From: an uncultured virus (IMG/VR IMGVR_UViG_3300020179_000022)
Lineage: Duplodnaviria > Heunggongvirae > Uroviricota > Caudoviricetes
DNA length: 64,000 nt
IMG/VR virus record: IMGVR_UViG_3300020179_000022
Reading direction: 5' to 3' (one strand)
The notes below the pieces were generated by a model, which made no database searches, was not told where the DNA came from, and saw only the letters and a list, made by a program, of their open reading frames with translations. Made by a program: the position numbers and the translations under genes. Shown here one piece after another: positions 60,621-64,000 of the stretch. Positions within the stretch are counted from its first letter, which is position 1, and every line of letters begins with the position of its first letter.

Positions 60621-61022
60621 CTATTTACTCAATTGTTTTATATCATCCACTGTCTTCTCATCATGACAGTCCTTGCAGAGCACTTGCAAATTCTCCACTT
60701 CACAGAACAGTCTTTCAACAAATCCTGGAAGATCAGATGCTCTCTGCAAATTTCCAGCAGGAATAATATGATCAACATTTATAGATGTTGCAGGAAACCA
60801 TTCCTTACAGCAGTTGCATTGATATTCATACTTCTGTCTCTTGTTTGGTCCATTATAGCGTCTCTTTGCGTTTTCTTTGCAGAGTGTAATAGGTTTCCAC
60901 CATCTAGACTTTTGTCTCAATCCACTTCGTATGAATGACCAGAAACCACTTTCTGTCATAGTACCAGCATTTCTAGGCTTAGGTTTTAGACTAGCTCGCT
61001 TTTTGACTGGTTTTTTCTTCAT
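60621..61022 (-). CDS. HNH endonuclease
   Basis: YQCNCC...INVDHIIP...NLQVLCKDCH. Probable start MKKKP at 61022. Confidence 0.8.
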   Translation of the reverse strand: MKKKPVKKRASLKPKPRNAGTMTESGFWSFIRSGLRQKSRWWKPITLCKENAKRRYNGPNKRQKYEYQCNCCKEWFPATSINVDHIIPAGNLQRASDLPGFVERLFCEVENLQVLCKDCHDEKTVDDIKQLSK

Positions 61023-61614
61023 CTTTTTTAATCCTTTTCCAACACACCCACAGAGTTGATTGCAATTCATGTGGGATAATATCGAGTTCGTTGGCTAATA
61101 TAATAGTATTTTTCTTTATGAACTCATATTGTTTTGTTGTACACACCTGAGCATCCCATCCAAGTGATAGATAAATGTGATGTCTGTCCACTGTAACATG
61201 GTCTTTAGAAGAAGGATTGTAAATATTATTGAAGAAATTAACAGTTTTTAATCCACCAAGAGAAATCTCAACATCCTTCTTTGTAGAAGCATAATTAAGA
61301 ATCTTCCTAGCCTTAGAAGCTTGTGCAGACGTATGTCTACACATCATCCCTTTTGTTCTAATAAACTCTTCAGCCATTGCTTTGTTGAGTGTCCATTCTT
61401 TAAGAGGTGACAGAGCTGAAATTATACCAGCTGTCTTCATCTCTGACAATCCATACTTCTCAGACAGGGCTAAAGAAAAAAAGTTGGCACGATTGTACCA
61501 ACCTTTCCCATACATAAAGTCATCATCTATACACTTGTTGTAAACATTCTGCATGTTTTCAACTATTCTCTCAGGATGATTATACAACTTCTTTAACTCT
61601 ATTGTCCAGCTCAT
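60991..61614 (-). CDS. Phage protein with helix-hairpin-helix/glycosylase-like features (DUF7178-like)
   Basis: G.GWY, ISALSP...W..N, G.KT.NF..NI, VTVDRH and LQSTLWV motifs. Confidence 0.55.
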   Translation of the reverse strand: MSWTIELKKLYNHPERIVENMQNVYNKCIDDDFMYGKGWYNRANFFSLALSEKYGLSEMKTAGIISALSPLKEWTLNKAMAEEFIRTKGMMCRHTSAQASKARKILNYASTKKDVEISLGGLKTVNFFNNIYNPSSKDHVTVDRHHIYLSLGWDAQVCTTKQYEFIKKNTIILANELDIIPHELQSTLWVCWKRIKKDEEKTSQKAS

Positions 61615-63058
61615 TTCTCATCTTGTTTAGGGAATTGACAATTCTTCCAATTTCATTAGATGAAATAGAAGGAAGATTAAATTCATACTTCTTAACTTCT
61701 TGAGCAAATGCTTTCTCGGCTCTTTCAGCTAGAGATTCTAGTTCATTCTCTACATAGAAATCATCCAGATCAATCGTGTCAAAGTCCAAGTCATGAAGAA
61801 TTCTTGTGGCATCTTCTCTGGGGACAGTGGAGATTGGTAAATACTCATAGCATCTACCCTTGTGCTCACCAATACCAACAACCTTCATTGGGTTGATGAG
61901 CATCAATACAGACTGATCACCACACCCTACATAATGAATCTGATCAGCAGTGAAATGCAAACCAGCAGCAGCGCAGTCCTGTGTAGACCAATTACACTTA
62001 TCCATAGGCATGCTCACCACTTGACCAATACGAATGTCAAATGTCTTGGTCCAATCATCTGTAAATCTATTCTCTGCTCTGTTTGGAAGATCTAGATAGA
62101 GATCTGTAAGAGTGCCTAGGTCCTCTCCCTCATAGTTTTTACTATTTCGACTAACTATACCATTCTCATCACAATCCCAGCAGCATGTCCATCTTTCATC
62201 CTCATCATCCCATACATCTCCTGTACCATCACAACCATCACATTTTTCTTCTTGATTGATGAACATCTTATCATAGTGCATGAATGTATAACTTCCATCA
62301 GGACGAAGAATCACATGATAATCATTAGGACTTTTCTTCCATACAGCTTTGATGTTTGTGTAGGTTTCGCTAACAAAACGAACAAGCTCATTTGATCCAT
62401 GTAGAGTGACAACATTTCGTAGAGCTACGAAGAATCCTTGCTTGGTTATTCTGAAGCTATTCTCTACAAGAAATCTATACAACTCATCAGCCACTTCAGC
62501 ACGAGGATTCAAGCAGCACCACATGAAGAATCTCTTCAATGACAAATACTGCTCATCCTGGTAAACATCATCATGCACTTCATCCCCTGTTCTATACAGA
62601 GAAATTACATCAATAAACTTTTCTACAAGAAGCTGAGGAATAGTTCTGTTAATACCTTTCAGTTTTACAGTTCCATTTTTAACATCAAAGTCTTGCATTG
62701 ATCCTAACACATCTAGATTGTTAGAGATGTTCTCATAAACTTTCTGTTGTCTCACTTCTTTCAACATGCTTTCATTAACAAGTTTGGCTTTGAACAAAAC
62801 AATGATCTCTGCCTCACTTCTAGCATTCTTTACGTTATCGAAATCATCAATGGTTGATGATGGTCTGGATAACACTTCTCCATTCTTCAAAACAACTGTG
62901 AGCACATCGTTCACAAGTTTAAGTTTATCATATGGTTTTTCAGAAGTTTGTAGCTCTCTTCTCAGTAAGCTATTCTTTAGTGCTTGTTCTTCAATCTTTA
63001 GATTATCAAGCATTCTTTTTGCGTTGGACTTGAACCAATCGAGTGTGAAAATTGACAT
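61580..63058 (-). CDS. rIIB-like protein with inserted DnaJ-type zinc finger
   Basis: LNP......ELY.FL...F.IT..G.FVA.R.V, IG.VVSMP...C......CA.GLH and KGRCYEY (rIIB-like), plus CDGCDGTG...CWDCDENG. Confidence 0.75.
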   Translation of the reverse strand: MSIFTLDWFKSNAKRMLDNLKIEEQALKNSLLRRELQTSEKPYDKLKLVNDVLTVVLKNGEVLSRPSSTIDDFDNVKNARSEAEIIVLFKAKLVNESMLKEVRQQKVYENISNNLDVLGSMQDFDVKNGTVKLKGINRTIPQLLVEKFIDVISLYRTGDEVHDDVYQDEQYLSLKRFFMWCCLNPRAEVADELYRFLVENSFRITKQGFFVALRNVVTLHGSNELVRFVSETYTNIKAVWKKSPNDYHVILRPDGSYTFMHYDKMFINQEEKCDGCDGTGDVWDDEDERWTCCWDCDENGIVSRNSKNYEGEDLGTLTDLYLDLPNRAENRFTDDWTKTFDIRIGQVVSMPMDKCNWSTQDCAAAGLHFTADQIHYVGCGDQSVLMLINPMKVVGIGEHKGRCYEYLPISTVPREDATRILHDLDFDTIDLDDFYVENELESLAERAEKAFAQEVKKYEFNLPSISSNEIGRIVNSLNKMRNELDNRVKEVV

Positions 63059-63091
63059 AGTTTTTGTTTTAAATTATTTGGTTTTAAATGA

Positions 63092-63116
63092 AAAAGGGAG
63101 GATTTAGTCCTCCCTT
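63092..63116 (-). terminator. Hairpin/terminator between the rIIA-like and rIIB-like genes
   Basis: AAAAGGGAGGA-TTTAG-TCCTCCCTT. Confidence 0.65.
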
Positions 63117-63119
63117 AAT

Positions 63120-64000
63120 TTACTGATTTTCAAGTGATTCTAATAATTTTTCCTCCACTTTTTCTTCAAGCTTTGGTTTAGAATAATGTTCAGGATTAAC
63201 CTTCATCTTGTGATATTTCATTAGATCCACTATAACTCTAGTTTGTTCTGGTGCACAACCATAGAAAGTATAACTTCTTATCATAGAGAATACAGTGTTC
63301 AAGAAATATGCTTTCTCAAGAATAGCTTTAACACTTACATATTCTGAATAGATGGAGTGATCAAACAAGTTATTTTGTTTAGCCACTTCAACCATAGCTT
63401 GATATACAAGCTTATCGCTATTTGAAATGTAGTTTTTCTCTTTATAGTCTTGCAGCACTTCCAATCTATTAGCTATTTCTTCAGATATCTCTTTAAGAGT
63501 TGTTAACCTACCAAACAATTGGTGATTTTTCATGTACAATTCATTGATCAGATATGCTGTGACAATACGTCTAAATGGTTTGTTATCACCTTCCATAAAT
63601 TTTGAATAAGACATTACATTTTTAAACTCTAGTTCTTCCAGCACTTTCATCTCTCTTGCTGAAAGCGTAATCACTTGAAGCTTCTGCTTACTATTAGCAG
63701 CAGCATATATGTGATCAAGCTTTGCAGCATCTTCATGTGCACCATAAACTAACAGAGTTCCCATTTTGGGAATGTCTTTCAATTTCCATGTGTCTGTAAC
63801 AAACTTGCAGTGTTTACCATCAACATATCTTTCCAAAGGAGCAGCCTTCTTAACGATGATGTCACCATCCATCTTCTCACGTCTAGTTGCAGTCACTCTA
63901 CTAGAGGTCTGTTTTCTAGTTTGAAGAAAACTATCTGGAACAACTATAGCATCCAAGTCAATAAAGTTAGAAGTGATGCTATCGATGATCTTTTGAAACT
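63120..64000 (-). CDS. C-terminal part of a probable rIIA-like protein (truncated by the window end)
   Basis: Frame runs off the window end and lies directly upstream of the rIIB-like gene. Assignment is by synteny only. Confidence 0.45.
   Translation of the reverse strand, partial: FQKIIDSITSNFIDLDAIVVPDSFLQTRKQTSSRVTATRREKMDGDIIVKKAAPLERYVDGKHCKFVTDTWKLKDIPKMGTLLVYGAHEDAAKLDHIYAAANSKQKLQVITLSAREMKVLEELEFKNVMSYSKFMEGDNKPFRRIVTAYLINELYMKNHQLFGRLTTLKEISEEIANRLEVLQDYKEKNYISNSDKLVYQAMVEVAKQNNLFDHSIYSEYVSVKAILEKAYFLNTVFSMIRSYTFYGCAPEQTRVIVDLMKYHKMKVNPEHYSKPKLEEKVEEKLLESLENQ

Noticed and set aside
1..64000. Stop-codon reassignment (TAG or TGA recoding), known in some crAss-like phages
   Set aside because: Very long ORFs (up to 4668 aa) are intact in the standard code, coding density is high, and TAG/TGA end genes at sensible boundaries (13877, 47168, 49780, 51766).

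Overview
This 64-kb window is a segment of a large AT-rich crAss-like (Crassvirales-type) podophage genome, probably infecting an environmental Bacteroidota host. Host and taxonomy are inferred from gene content and from A-rich start regions with no Shine-Dalgarno sequence. 1-39.5 kb (+) is the virion module: a tail stabilisation ('muzzle')-like protein split at a mucin-like Thr-rich insert, three cargo-type proteins, a 4668-aa virion RNA polymerase (GSDFDIDK) fused to a complete RecD/Dda-like SF1B helicase, a 1792-aa polyvalent protein and a GTS-repeat tail fibre with an S74 chaperone. 39.5-56 kb is an accessory, lysis and glycosylation region: a three-domain glycosyltransferase ending in an Aah/TibC-like domain, a glycosyltransferase resembling plant peptide O-glycosyltransferases (HPAT/SGT1) between two tiny poly-Thr proteins, a GT2, two methyltransferases, GH19 and amidase lysins, a ferritin-like protein and many small Lys-rich proteins. 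55-64 kb (-) holds early/replication-type genes: RecA, a PD-(D/E)XK nuclease, HNH proteins and rIIB/rIIA-like genes. The best candidates for undescribed biology are (1) a phage-encoded protein O-glycosylation system acting on Thr/Ser-rich virion tracts, (2) the vRNAP-helicase fusion, (3) dense arrays of unrelated operator-like palindromes flanking the amidase gene, and (4) TonB-box-like and xxGG motifs shared across cargo and basic proteins. All family assignments come from motif recognition; no searches were run.
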